Positions 1 through 9,740 of a stretch of DNA of 64,000 bases are shown here, piece by piece. Each line of letters starts with the position of its first letter. Within the stretch, counting starts at the first letter, position 1. The DNA comes from Planctomycetota bacterium. Lineage in GTDB: Bacteria; Planctomycetota; B15-G4; JADJEK01. The DNA is taken from assembly GCA_044225365.1 (NCBI GenBank), contig JBGAIQ010000012.1, positions 64,001 to 128,000 of the forward strand, in the 5' to 3' direction. A program made the translations under genes and the position numbers. The notes below the pieces were generated by a model, which did no database searches, was not told the origin of the DNA, and saw only the letters and a list, made by a program, of their open reading frames with translations.

Positions 1-381
1 TCTTGGCGCGTCGATGGAGCCATCGATCCGCGTCGACTCACCGTCGCGCCACGCGCGGAATTCGTCGATTCCGGAATGGCGATGCAGCTCACGCCCGGCG
101 AGAAGCGCCGCGCAATTCGGCGCCGCGCTCGTCGCGATTGCGCCCGCGTTCGAGAACACGACGCTTTCGTCGAGCAGCGCCTCTAGGACGCGAGTCCCGT
201 CGGGCCCGCGCGCCTCGAATTCGAATCGAGCGGCGGGATCGCGCACCACGACGATCACCGCGCCTCGCGCCCTCGGAGCGATTCGCCGTGGAAGATCGAT
301 CAGCGAGCAGGTCGCCGCAACGAGCATCGCCGCCCCGATCACAACCCTCAAGAAACTCGCAGCCCTCGATCGCGCAGTCAT
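1..381 (-). CDS. Partial (3' end outside window) exported protein, possibly sulfatase/alkaline-phosphatase-fold
   Basis: Not in the ORF track because it has no stop in the window. ATG at 381-379 overlaps the upstream TGA (ATGA coupling). Reads MTARSRAASFLRVVIGAAMLVAATCSL...LEALLDESVVFSNAGAIATSAAPNCAALLAGR, resembling a sulfatase N-terminus without a clear CxPxR. Confidence 0.4.
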   Translation of the reverse strand, partial: MTARSRAASFLRVVIGAAMLVAATCSLIDLPRRIAPRARGAVIVVVRDPAARFEFEARGPDGTRVLEALLDESVVFSNAGAIATSAAPNCAALLAGRELHRHSGIDEFRAWRDGESTRIDGSIDAPR

Positions 382-1493
382 GGAATGGCTTCGCTGTTTC
401 GTGAGCCCTGAGGCGAAACGATCGCACGGTAGAGATCGATCGCCGCGGCGGGAACGAACGCAAGTCCGAGCAGCACGAGCGGCGCGTCGATCCAACCCCA
501 GTAGGAATTGAACGGCTGGCCAAGGAACGAGAACGCGACGCCGTATGCGATCGTGACGAGCAGGACGAATCTCGCGAACGCTCCTCTCGCGGCGACGAGT
601 CCGAGCAGCGCGATCGGAAACGCGATCGCGGTCACGACGGGAGGGAAGCCGAGCAGGACGGGGTGGACCCGAATCGTGTTGAGGACGAACGGGAGGCCGC
701 CGAATGCGAGCCAGGACGAGGCACTCACGGCGGCGTCGTAGTTGCGCTCGCCCACCGCGAGAGCATGCGCGGCAAGGTAGAACGCGTAAGCGGTGAGCGC
801 GACCGTCCACACCGTGATCGCCCAGCGATCCTTGTGGAGAACGGCGCGAGCCATGATCATCAACACGTAGACGACGGCGAGTTCCCGCACGAACAGGGCC
901 GCGATTCCGAATGCAACACCGAGCAGTTTCCCCCCCCGAACTCCTCGAGCTTCATCGACGAAGAAGAGCGCCGAGAGCATGATGAGCAAGGCCGCGACCG
1001 GTTCGGCCGCGAGCCACGCGCGAGCGAAGCAGAGGGGAAGGAACGCGAGACCGAGGAGCACGAACGCGATCGCACCGGCGACGGGGCCACTCTCTCTCGA
1101 CACCACGCGGAAACCGAGCAGGCTCGCGAGAAGGGCAAGCAATCCGAGAACGAGGGCGATTCGCGTATCGGAGCCGATCTTGGCGAGAACGGTGAAATGC
1201 GCCGGCGTCCGCCAATTGAAGACGGAGGCCATGGGGTAATTGCGGTCGCGCAGCTCGGAGGCGAGGACTTCGTAATAGGGTTCGCCGTTCCGTACTCGAT
1301 CGAACTCGGCGGAATAGAGATCGAAGTCCGAGCCGCTCTTCTCCGGTCTCGTCTCGATCGGTCGCAACGCGCTCGGGATCGCGCCCATGCAGACGGCGAT
1401 GGCCGCGAGGAGCCCGATCAAGACGCCCAGCGCAGGGGCGCGCGAGAGCGATGCCAGTCGGGTTCGTTCGGAGCGGATCACCAGGATGGGCAT
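378..1493 (-). CDS. Multi-pass membrane protein, possible GT-C-type glycosyltransferase
   Basis: 371 aa with many hydrophobic helices. The loop after TM1 (SDFDLY...GEPYY...VFNWRTP) and a later VRE motif give a GT-C-like layout. Confidence 0.5.
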   Translation of the reverse strand: MPILVIRSERTRLASLSRAPALGVLIGLLAAIAVCMGAIPSALRPIETRPEKSGSDFDLYSAEFDRVRNGEPYYEVLASELRDRNYPMASVFNWRTPAHFTVLAKIGSDTRIALVLGLLALLASLLGFRVVSRESGPVAGAIAFVLLGLAFLPLCFARAWLAAEPVAALLIMLSALFFVDEARGVRGGKLLGVAFGIAALFVRELAVVYVLMIMARAVLHKDRWAITVWTVALTAYAFYLAAHALAVGERNYDAAVSASSWLAFGGLPFVLNTIRVHPVLLGFPPVVTAIAFPIALLGLVAARGAFARFVLLVTIAYGVAFSFLGQPFNSYWGWIDAPLVLLGLAFVPAAAIDLYRAIVSPQGSRNSEAIP

Positions 1494-1565
1494 TCCGAAA
1501 ATGGGCTACTCTCGAACGAATTCGAATGGACCTCTTCGCGAGGCATGCGGAGGTCGACCGACGCC

Positions 1566-2498
1566 ATGCGCGCATACTACTCCGATACGTTTCGATTGCC
1601 GCTTCCGCCCACGCACACCTTTCCGATGGAGAAGTACACGCTTCTTCGCGAGCGTGTCGCGGCAGAAGGAGTCCTTGCACTGGACGATCTGCGAATCCCG
1701 GATCCTGCGACGAACGACGAGCTCGCCCTCGCGCACGACGTCGAATACATCCGTCGCGTCTTTGAGGGCTCTCTCACGAGCGACGAAATCCGCCGCATCG
1801 GTTTCCCGTGGTCGCCCGCGATGGTCGAACGGTCGCGTCGCTCGGCCGGTGCGACGATCGCGGCGTGCCGGGCGGCGCTGGACGACGGCATCGCCGCGAA
1901 TCTCGCCGGTGGGACGCACCACGCGCATCGTGCACGGGGCGAAGGGTACTGCGTGTTCAACGACTCCGCGGTCGCGGCGCGCGTATTGCAGCGCGATCAC
2001 GGGATCTCGCGCGTCGTCGTCATCGACCTCGATGTGCATCAGGGAAACGGAACGGCCACGATCACCGCGGACGATCCGACGATCTTCACGTTCTCGATGC
2101 ACGGTGCGCGCAACTTTCCGCGCGTGAAGGAGCGAAGCGACCTCGATGTCGAGCTCCCGGATGGAACGACGGACGAGGCCTACCTCGAAGCGCTCGCGGA
2201 GCACCTTCCGCGAATCCTGAAGGCCCATCGCCCGGATCTCGCGATCTACCTCGCGGGCGCCGATCCGCTCGTTGGCGATCGGTTCGGGCGCCTTTCGCTG
2301 ACGAAGGCGGGCCTCGCGCGACGCGACGAATTCGTGCTCGCACAGTGTCGCTCCGCGAATCTTCCGGTCGCGATCACGATGGCCGGAGGTTACGGCCGCG
2401 TGGTTGCCGATACCGTGGACGTGCACTTCAACACGATCCAGATCGCGGCATCATGGAGCCTTCGAAAGCCGCCCCCATTGGGATCGAGTTGTGCGTAG
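1566..2498 (+). CDS. Histone deacetylase family (Zn-dependent deacetylase)
   Basis: HTFPMEKY, GGTHHA, GYCVFND, DLDVHQGNGT, AGADP and GGY motifs. Start re-assigned to ATG 1566 within ORF 663..2498. Confidence 0.93.
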   Translation: MRAYYSDTFRLPLPPTHTFPMEKYTLLRERVAAEGVLALDDLRIPDPATNDELALAHDVEYIRRVFEGSLTSDEIRRIGFPWSPAMVERSRRSAGATIAACRAALDDGIAANLAGGTHHAHRARGEGYCVFNDSAVAARVLQRDHGISRVVVIDLDVHQGNGTATITADDPTIFTFSMHGARNFPRVKERSDLDVELPDGTTDEAYLEALAEHLPRILKAHRPDLAIYLAGADPLVGDRFGRLSLTKAGLARRDEFVLAQCRSANLPVAITMAGGYGRVVADTVDVHFNTIQIAASWSLRKPPPLGSSCA

Positions 2499-2521
2499 AC
2501 TGTCGGGCTTGGAGGCATGAA

Positions 2522-4489
2522 ATGCACTACCTGCGCGTCGGCGCGGCCGTCCTGAACCAGACGCCCCTGGACTGGGACAGCAATCGCCGCAACATCGAGG
2601 CCGCTCTCGATGAAGCTCGGGCCCAGAATCTCGCGCTGATCTGTCTGCCCGAGATGTGCATCCCCGGTTACGGCTGCGAAGACACGTTCCACGCGCCGTT
2701 CGTGTCCGAGACCGCGTGGAAGATCCTCGAAGAACTGTTGCCCGAGACGCGGGGAATGATCGTCTCGTTCGGTCTGCCGGTCCTCCATCACAACACGTAC
2801 TACAACTGCGCGTGCATCGTCGCCGACGGCGAGATCCTCGGTCTCGTCGCGAAGCAGAATCTCGCGAACGACGGCATCTACTACGAAGGGCGCTGGTTCA
2901 AGCCGTGGCCGCACGGCGTGCGCGCGGTGCATCGCCGCGGGGATCGCGAGATCCCGATCGGCGATCTCGTGTTCGACATCGGCGGGCTGCGAATCGGTTT
3001 CGAGATCTGCGAAGACGCGTGGGTCGCGGGGCGACCCGGCTCCGATCTCGCGCGCTGCGGCGTCGACGTCATCCTGAACCCGAGCGCGAGTCACTTCGCA
3101 TTCGGCAAGCTCGAGGTCCGTCAGCGCTTCGTGCTCGAAGGATCGCGAGCGTTCTCCGTTACGTACGTGTACTCGAATCTCCTCGGCAACGAGTCGGGTC
3201 GCGCGATCTTCGACGGCGGTGCACTCATCGCGAGCGGCGGGAAGATGCTCGCCGTCGGGCCTCGATTCTCGTATCGCGACGTGATCGTGACGACGGCGGT
3301 CGCCGATATCGAAGCCACGCGCACCGCGCAGGGCAGGACGGGTAGCTTCCGGACCGACGTCGAAGAATCACCGCGACTCGTGCGATCGGGATTCGAGGCA
3401 AAGCCTTCCGAGCCCCAGGTGCAGCCGCCGCCCGTGATCGCGCCTTGGGAAACGGCGGGGCACTTGAAGGACGAGGAGTTCGCCCGCGCCACCTCGCTCG
3501 CGCTCTTCGATTACCTGCGCAAGAGCAAGAGTCACGGCTTCGTCGTTTCGCTCTCAGGAGGCGCCGACTCGACCGCGATCGCCTGCCTCGTTCGCCTCAT
3601 GGTCGATTTCGCGCTCGCCGAGATCGGCGCCGACGGCGTGCAGCGCAAGCTCGACTTCGCGCTGAACGACCCGATCGCAGACTCCTCAGCCTTGACGCGA
3701 CGGCTCCTCACGACGGCGTATCAGTCGACACGCAATTCCGGAGACGTGACCCGGAACGCAGCGAAGGCGATCGCGACGGCCGTGGGCGCCGAGCACCATG
3801 AGCTCGACGTCGATTCGATCGTGGCGCAGTACGAGACGGTGATCGAGAAGGCGATCGGTCGCAAGCTGACATGGGAAGCCGACGACATCGCGAAGCAGAA
3901 CATTCAGGCGCGAGTGCGTGCGCCAGCGATCTGGATGCTCGCGAACCTGAAGCGCGCTCTGCTGCTCGCGACCAGCAATCGCTCGGAGGTCGCCGTCGGC
4001 TACACGACGATGGATGGCGATACCGCCGGCGGACTCTCGCCGATCGCGGGTATCGACAAGGCGTTCCTCCGCAACTGGCTGAAGTGGTTGGAGACTCACG
4101 GCCCGCTTGGGTTGGGGCCGATCTCAGCGCTTCACGTCGTGAACGCGCAGGCGCCCACGGCGGAACTGCGGCCGCCCGCCGCGGCGCAAACGGACGAAGG
4201 CGATCTGATGCCGTACCCGATCCTCGAGGCAATCGAGGACGCGGCGATCCGCGACAAGCTCTCGCCCGCGGACGTGCTCGGCCGCCTCTCGATCGAGTAT
4301 CCGGCATTGCCGCACCACGACGCGGTGCGCTTCGTCGCGCGCTTCTTCCGACTCTGGTCGCGCAATCAATGGAAGCGCGAGCGCTACGCGCCATCGTTCC
4401 ACCTCGACGATCGCAACCTCGATCCCAAGACGTGGTGCCGCTTCCCGATCCTTTCCGGCGGCTTCGAACGCGAACTCCGGGATCTGTAA
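2522..4489 (+). CDS. nadE: Glutamine-dependent NAD+ synthetase
   Basis: N-terminal nitrilase-like domain (LPEMC, K, EICEDAW) plus synthetase domain (SLSGGADS, QNIQAR, NRSE, GY.T.DGD, PTAEL, QWKR). Start ATG 2522. Confidence 0.95.
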   Translation: MHYLRVGAAVLNQTPLDWDSNRRNIEAALDEARAQNLALICLPEMCIPGYGCEDTFHAPFVSETAWKILEELLPETRGMIVSFGLPVLHHNTYYNCACIVADGEILGLVAKQNLANDGIYYEGRWFKPWPHGVRAVHRRGDREIPIGDLVFDIGGLRIGFEICEDAWVAGRPGSDLARCGVDVILNPSASHFAFGKLEVRQRFVLEGSRAFSVTYVYSNLLGNESGRAIFDGGALIASGGKMLAVGPRFSYRDVIVTTAVADIEATRTAQGRTGSFRTDVEESPRLVRSGFEAKPSEPQVQPPPVIAPWETAGHLKDEEFARATSLALFDYLRKSKSHGFVVSLSGGADSTAIACLVRLMVDFALAEIGADGVQRKLDFALNDPIADSSALTRRLLTTAYQSTRNSGDVTRNAAKAIATAVGAEHHELDVDSIVAQYETVIEKAIGRKLTWEADDIAKQNIQARVRAPAIWMLANLKRALLLATSNRSEVAVGYTTMDGDTAGGLSPIAGIDKAFLRNWLKWLETHGPLGLGPISALHVVNAQAPTAELRPPAAAQTDEGDLMPYPILEAIEDAAIRDKLSPADVLGRLSIEYPALPHHDAVRFVARFFRLWSRNQWKRERYAPSFHLDDRNLDPKTWCRFPILSGGFERELRDL

Positions 4490-4493
4490 GATC

Positions 4494-4516
4494 GGACCGC
4501 CGCGCTCCAGCGCGGC
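4494..4516 (+). repeat. Isolated REP-like palindrome between convergent genes
   Basis: GGACC-GCCGCGCT-CC-AGCGCGGC, with the same head and stem geometry as the REPs flanking the RAYT at 43.6-44.8 kb. Confidence 0.75.
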
Positions 4517-4566
4517 AGCGTTGAATTCAACGCCGCGAAATCGGGGTCAGCCCCGCGCAATCGACC

Positions 4567-5670
4567 TCACGGCTTTTCGAGCAGCTTCTTCAAGCTCGCG
4601 GCGGCGCGGTCGTCCGGCTTCTTCGCGAGAGCGATGTTGGTGTTCGCCAACGCCCCTTGAATATCGCCCGCGCGGCGCTGCACGAGCGCTGCGGCGATGT
4701 AGCCTTCGGGGCGGTTCGGGGCGAGTGCGATGAGGCGGGCGGACGCGTAACGCAGCACGCTCTCATCCTCCAGCATTGCGCCGACGTCGACGAGCTTCAG
4801 CAACGCCTCGACATCTTCGGCCTGCGTGGAGTCCTTCGTGAGCGCGAGCAGAAGTGCCCGGGCCTCGACGGGCCGCCGCAGTTCGATGAGGCAGCTCGCG
4901 CGCAAGAGCTGCAGATCGCGACGCTGATCGTTCGGCGGCGTCGTGAGCACCTTTGCGAGCGCCGACTCGGCTTGCGAGTAGTGACCGAGTTGCGCGTGGA
5001 TTCGAGCGAGGTCCTCGAGCAGCGATGCGTCATCGGGATCGAGCGCGACGGCCTGCTCGAAGTGCTTCAGCGCTTCCTCGGGTTTCTTCTCCATCAGGTC
5101 GATGTGGCCGAGCGCCTGTTTGTAGCCGGCTTGCGATCCAGCATCGCCATGAGCCGTTTCGAGGAGATCTCGCGCTTCCGCGAACCGATGCAGTCCGATC
5201 AGGATCTCGGCCGTGACGAGACCGTACTTCGGGTTCGATGTGTCCTTGCCGAGAGCCGTTTGATAGTGCGACAGCGCCGAGTCGAGCTCGTTGATCCGCT
5301 CGTACACGACGCCTTTGTAGTATTCGATCTCCGCGTCGGCAGGATCGATCCGCGATGCCTTGTCGAGGCTGTCGAGAGCCGCGACCGAGATGCCCTTCTC
5401 GAGGAGGACGCGGGCCCGCAGGATGTGAGCGTTTGGAACGCGGTCGTAGTTCGCGAGCGAGCGATCGACGCTCGCCAGCGCGAGATCGAGATTGCCCGAG
5501 GTGAACTGCTGGAAGGCGAGATCGTAGTCCGCTGCGGCCTTCAGTTTCTTGTGCCGTAGGTCGGCCTGATCGAGCCCTTCCTGCGTGTACTTGCCGTGCC
5601 CACCGGTGCACCCGGTCAGCGTGAGAGCTGCGACGACGAAGATGCCTGCGAATTGGGGTCCGCGAAGCAT
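4567..5670 (-). CDS. TPR lipoprotein, probable secretin pilotin (TadD/PilF-like)
   Basis: Lipobox LTG-C after a hydrophobic stretch, multiple TPR-like helical repeats, directly downstream of the secretin gene. Confidence 0.75.
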   Translation of the reverse strand: MLRGPQFAGIFVVAALTLTGCTGGHGKYTQEGLDQADLRHKKLKAAADYDLAFQQFTSGNLDLALASVDRSLANYDRVPNAHILRARVLLEKGISVAALDSLDKASRIDPADAEIEYYKGVVYERINELDSALSHYQTALGKDTSNPKYGLVTAEILIGLHRFAEARDLLETAHGDAGSQAGYKQALGHIDLMEKKPEEALKHFEQAVALDPDDASLLEDLARIHAQLGHYSQAESALAKVLTTPPNDQRRDLQLLRASCLIELRRPVEARALLLALTKDSTQAEDVEALLKLVDVGAMLEDESVLRYASARLIALAPNRPEGYIAAALVQRRAGDIQGALANTNIALAKKPDDRAAASLKKLLEKP

Positions 5671-5741
5671 GGGAACTCCTGGCCCAGGATCGGGTCGCGA
5701 CGAAGAAGACGATGCGCGCGCGCTGCGCGAGAGGCCTCGAA

Positions 5742-7790
5742 TCAGTTGCCGCCGGTGCCGGCACCGCCGCCCGTGCCCCCGCCGTTGCCTGCTCCATTGC
5801 TGGGCGGCGTCGTCGGAGGTGCGTCGGCCGGGTTCTCGGCGGGCGGCTCGCTAGCGGGTTCGTCGGCGGCGGGTTCTTCGGGCGTCTCGACGCCCATCTC
5901 TTCCTCCGCCGGTACTTCCGCACCGCGCGCTTCGGGGAAGTCCTTGTCGAGCTCACCGGTGACGATGCGCTCCAGCATGCTGCGGGTCGGCCAATAGCGC
6001 TCGTCCGTGAGCTGCTCCTGGAGGCGAATCATCTCGGGCTGTTGCGGATGGAGCTGCAGCGAGCAGCGCAATTGGAAGCGTGCCCAGTCGTACTCGCCCT
6101 CGGAGGCGTTCTTCTGCGCGCGAAGATTGAACATCGCGCTCATCTTCTCGCGGCTCCACGGCAGGAGGCCGAGACGCGAACCGACGCGCACGCGCTCGTA
6201 GTAGGCGAGGCCTTCCTGGCCTTGCTGCGCGAGCACGTTCTCCGACATCACCGTCGGCTTGATCATGAAGATGATCTCGTCGCGCTTCAGGTGGTCGTCC
6301 TGACCTTCGAACGCGTGCCCGACGAGCGGGAGGTCGCCGGCCCAGGGGACCTGCGAACGGCTGCGTGAGACGTCTTCGCGGAACAGACCACCGAGGATCG
6401 CGGTGTGACCCTCCGGAACGAGCACGTCGGTGAGCACCGTCTGGATGTTCTCGTCCGGGATCTGCTGATTCACGCCGTTCTGCGATTCGACGTCGCGGAA
6501 CACGACCTGCGAGACCTTCGGTGCGAGCTCCATGCGCACCCGCCCGTCCTTCAGGACGAACGGCCGAATGTCGAGCTGAACACCCGTGTCGATGAACTTG
6601 ATCGTCTGCAGCACCTGGTTCTCGACGACCGTCGTCTCGAGGTAGCCGACGCGCGTACCCACGAGGACCTTCGCGCGTTGACGATTGAGCGCAAGGACCT
6701 TCGGATTCGAGAGGAGCGTCACGTCGGTGATCTGATCGAGCGCGCGGATGAAGACGCCGACGTCATCGCCCGCGGTGATCCCGAGCTTCAGCGTTCCCGC
6801 GCCCGCCGCGACGTTGCCGGGATTGCTGAGAACGAAGTTGCGGTTCAGGTTCGTGACCGGCGGTGCCTTCACCGTCGTGCCATCGGCACCGAGGCCGTTG
6901 ATCGTGTCGGGGAAACCGAAGAAGCTCGAGAACTGGACGCCGTCGAGCAGTGCGAAGTCCACGCCGAACGCGTTCTGTTCATCGAGCGTGACTTGGAGCA
7001 CCGTGGCTTCGATCAGCACCTGCTCGGGCTGCGTGTCGAGCGATCGCAGGAAAGACTCGACGCGTTCGACGTTCTCTTCGACGTCATGAATGACGATCGC
7101 GCTCTCCAGCGCGTATTCGTCCTTCTCGGGCGTGTAGATCCCGGAGTCGCTCGACTGACTGCTGCCGGAGTTCGACGAGCCGCCGGCCGCACCACCCGCG
7201 GCACTGCTTCCGCCGCCGCCGCTATCCCCGCCGAGATCCTTCGTCGGAGTGATCTTGCCCTTGGGGGAGAGCAGGGGCTGCGCATACTCCATCGCGTCCG
7301 CGGGGCGCAGATAGTCGAGATGGATGCGCCGGCTCGACAGATTGTTCGGCGAGGAGCGGCGCGCCGCGAGCTCGTCCTTCGTGAAGACGTAGATGACGTC
7401 CCCGTTCTGCTCCCAACCGAGACCATTCGGAGTGAGCAAGCCGTCGAGCGCCGCTTCGACCGTGACGCCGTAGAGCGTCGCGTTGACCGTCTTCTGCACT
7501 CCGTCGCTCGGGACGATGTTGCGTCGCGCGGCCACGGCAAGTTTCGAGAGGACGTTCGTGACGTCATCGTTCTGGACGACGATGTCGCACGTCCCGAACT
7601 CCGTGACGCGCACTTCGGACGAACGGATCACGAGTTTGTCGGCGGGATTCGCCTTGTTCTCCTGGGGGACGTTGACACCGGGAGTCGGTGTCTTCGCGTC
7701 CTGCGCCAGTGCGGCCGAGTGGGCAGCTCCGACGCAGAAGACCGACCAGAAGAGGAAAGCGTGCTTGTCGGATCGAGGGCGAAGAGTCAT
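5742..7790 (-). CDS. Outer-membrane secretin (PilQ/GspD-like: STN/N0, N3 and secretin domain)
   Basis: QVLIEATV, LLSNPKVLALNRQRAKVLVG, DTGVQLDIRP, ILGGLF, VPWAGDLPLVGHAF and EIIFMIKPTV motifs, plus a signal-peptide-like N-terminus. Start is 7790 or 7808. Confidence 0.92.
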   Translation of the reverse strand: MTLRPRSDKHAFLFWSVFCVGAAHSAALAQDAKTPTPGVNVPQENKANPADKLVIRSSEVRVTEFGTCDIVVQNDDVTNVLSKLAVAARRNIVPSDGVQKTVNATLYGVTVEAALDGLLTPNGLGWEQNGDVIYVFTKDELAARRSSPNNLSSRRIHLDYLRPADAMEYAQPLLSPKGKITPTKDLGGDSGGGGSSAAGGAAGGSSNSGSSQSSDSGIYTPEKDEYALESAIVIHDVEENVERVESFLRSLDTQPEQVLIEATVLQVTLDEQNAFGVDFALLDGVQFSSFFGFPDTINGLGADGTTVKAPPVTNLNRNFVLSNPGNVAAGAGTLKLGITAGDDVGVFIRALDQITDVTLLSNPKVLALNRQRAKVLVGTRVGYLETTVVENQVLQTIKFIDTGVQLDIRPFVLKDGRVRMELAPKVSQVVFRDVESQNGVNQQIPDENIQTVLTDVLVPEGHTAILGGLFREDVSRSRSQVPWAGDLPLVGHAFEGQDDHLKRDEIIFMIKPTVMSENVLAQQGQEGLAYYERVRVGSRLGLLPWSREKMSAMFNLRAQKNASEGEYDWARFQLRCSLQLHPQQPEMIRLQEQLTDERYWPTRSMLERIVTGELDKDFPEARGAEVPAEEEMGVETPEEPAADEPASEPPAENPADAPPTTPPSNGAGNGGGTGGGAGTGGN

Positions 7791-8151
7791 CGTTCGTTCA
7801 ACTCTCATTCGACGCGACCAATGGAACGGGTGCCTGCGCACCGCGACTGCGGCGACCCGTCGACGAGGTTCGTCCGCACTTTCCAACGCTGTCTTGCTCT
7901 TGCGGGAGATAGAGTCCTGAAAGGTATTGGCCCCGAGGCTTCGGATCTCGCGAGAATCGCAAGGATCCATCCTCCTGTTCAGCCAGTCCCGCACCGCAAG
8001 GGCGAACTTTACGGGTTTCATCCGGAAGGCGTGACGAAGGACTCTAGAAAAAACGTGCAGTTCACGCTTTGCTGCGGATTCAGCGCGTGGCGGCGACTCC
8101 GCCGAATCGGACTTTTGGACGGGTGTCCTTGAATCGAGATCGGAGTGAACC

Positions 8152-9300
8152 ATGACCGAGGCCGGCAATAGTGAAGCGACCACCCTGACCGAGCCCGCAC
8201 CGGTAATCGAGTCACCGGAGTCGAAAGCCTATCGCGCGGGCGTCGAGTTCTTCCTCGCGCCGCTCGTCCCGCTCCTCGCCGACGAGTCGATCTCCGAGAT
8301 CATGGTCAACGGTCCGAGCGACATCTACATCGAGCGTGGCGGCAAGATCGAGGTGAGCGGCGTCCATTTCCGGGACGAAGACGAACTGCTCGCCGCTGCG
8401 AACAACATCGCTCAATACGTCGGCAAGAGCATCAGCCCCGCGGATCCAATTCTCGACGGTCGTCTGCCCGATGGCTCCCGCGTGTGTATCGTCCTGGCGC
8501 CGATCGCGGCCGGCGGAACCTCGATCAATATTCGCCGCTTCCTGCGCCGCGCCGTCACTCCGCAGTTCCTCCTCGATCGCAAGGCGATCACGCCGGAGGC
8601 GCTCGAGTTCATCCTTCTTGCCGTCGAAGCGGAGCTCAACGTCGTCGTCAGCGGTGGTACGGGCTCTGGTAAGACAACCCTTCTCAACATCCTCTCGACC
8701 GCCTTCTCCGACAGTCAGCGAATCGTGGTCATCGAGGACACCCGCGAACTGCAGATCCAAAAGCGGCACGTCGTCCAGATGGAAGCGCGGCCGGCCGACG
8801 TGTACGGCAAGGGGCAGATCACGGTCCGCGACCTGTTCGTAACCTCCCTTCGTATGCGTCCCGACCGCATCGTGGTCGGCGAAGTCCGTCGCGGCGAAGC
8901 CCTCGACATGGTGCAGGCGATGACCTCCGGCCACCGCGGCTCGCTCGCCACCCTTCACGCCGACACGCCTTCACAGGCCTGCGGGCGTCTCGAGACGATG
9001 TGTCTCCTCGCGGACGTCGGACTACCCCTCCAGGCGCTGCGACGACAGATCGCGCTCGCGCTCGACATCGTCATCCAGGTCGCGCGTCTCCATGATGGAC
9101 GCCGTCTCGTCACGCACATCTCGGAGATCGAACTCGACGAAGCCACGCTCACGTATCAGATCCACGACATCTTCCATCTCGACACCAGCGACGGCACACC
9201 GCGACTCGTCTACACGGGACGCAAGCCGAAGCTCGCGGCCGAGATCGGCTGGCGCGGACTCAGTTCAAAAGTTCGCGAGACGAAGGCAATCTTCACCTGA
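8152..9300 (+). CDS. cpaF: CpaF/TadA pilus ATPase (short copy)
   Basis: ISEIMVNG, DGRLPDGSR, Walker [42 protein letters not shown]. Confidence 0.93.
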   Translation: MTEAGNSEATTLTEPAPVIESPESKAYRAGVEFFLAPLVPLLADESISEIMVNGPSDIYIERGGKIEVSGVHFRDEDELLAAANNIAQYVGKSISPADPILDGRLPDGSRVCIVLAPIAAGGTSINIRRFLRRAVTPQFLLDRKAITPEALEFILLAVEAELNVVVSGGTGSGKTTLLNILSTAFSDSQRIVVIEDTRELQIQKRHVVQMEARPADVYGKGQITVRDLFVTSLRMRPDRIVVGEVRRGEALDMVQAMTSGHRGSLATLHADTPSQACGRLETMCLLADVGLPLQALRRQIALALDIVIQVARLHDGRRLVTHISEIELDEATLTYQIHDIFHLDTSDGTPRLVYTGRKPKLAAEIGWRGLSSKVRETKAIFT

Positions 9301-9370
9301 TATCGGTTATCGTGACCTCGCACCCCCGGTCGACATCGCGTCGATCGCGGAGAGCTTGGGTTCACGAATT

Positions 9371-9432
9371 CGGGCGATTTCGCCCGCCGTGGATCGAGTG
9401 GGTCCGGTGTTCCACCCATGGCTTCGGGTGGA
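9371..9432 (+). other. Two GC-rich hairpins in the cpaF-flp intergenic region
   Basis: CGGGCGA-TT-TCGCCCG (9371-9386) and TCCACCC...GGGTGGA (9411-9432). No U-tract follows. Confidence 0.35.
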
Positions 9433-9444
9433 TCGAGAGATCGA

Positions 9445-9654
9445 GTGAATACGGAAACCGAGAATCAGTTCCTCGCGACGACGCGCCAACTGCCGGAGCT
9501 CGCCTCCGACGAGAGCGGCCAGGTCGTCATCGAGTGGACGTTGATCACTGCTACCGTGGTGATCCCGATGGGACTCATGGGTCCCGGGCTCGTCAACATG
9601 ATGTTCTACTACTTCTATCGCATCGCCGGGACCATCGCGCTGCCCTTCCCGTGA
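9445..9654 (+). CDS. Flp-like pilin 1
   Basis: GTG start. LASDESG|QVVIEW followed by a hydrophobic helix, 69 aa, in Tad context. Confidence 0.7.
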   Translation: MNTETENQFLATTRQLPELASDESGQVVIEWTLITATVVIPMGLMGPGLVNMMFYYFYRIAGTIALPFP

Positions 9655-9740
9655 CCACCCGTGAGTTCGAGTTCGCGAGCTGCGTCGTCGATGCAGCGAC
9701 AAGACAAGACGTGAATCGCCCGCAAAAGGAGAATCCTGCC

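Noticed and set aside
663-4489. N-terminal extensions on HDAC (from 663) and NadE (from 1808), and similar extensions at 40857, 52424 and 55066
   Set aside because: The extensions overlap other real genes and are low-complexity Arg-rich. Family motifs start at downstream ATGs, so these are not true fusions.
1566-4489. Functional link between deacetylase and NAD synthetase
   Set aside because: The deacetylase is the Zn-dependent HDAC type, not an NAD-consuming sirtuin, so adjacency alone is weak evidence.
7985-8060. c-di-GMP-I riboswitch in the secretin/cpaF divergent region (GGGCGAAC...GACGAAGG)
   Set aside because: Only a loose resemblance. The GNRA-capped stem and GCAAA junction are not present. 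An Rfam cmscan would be needed.
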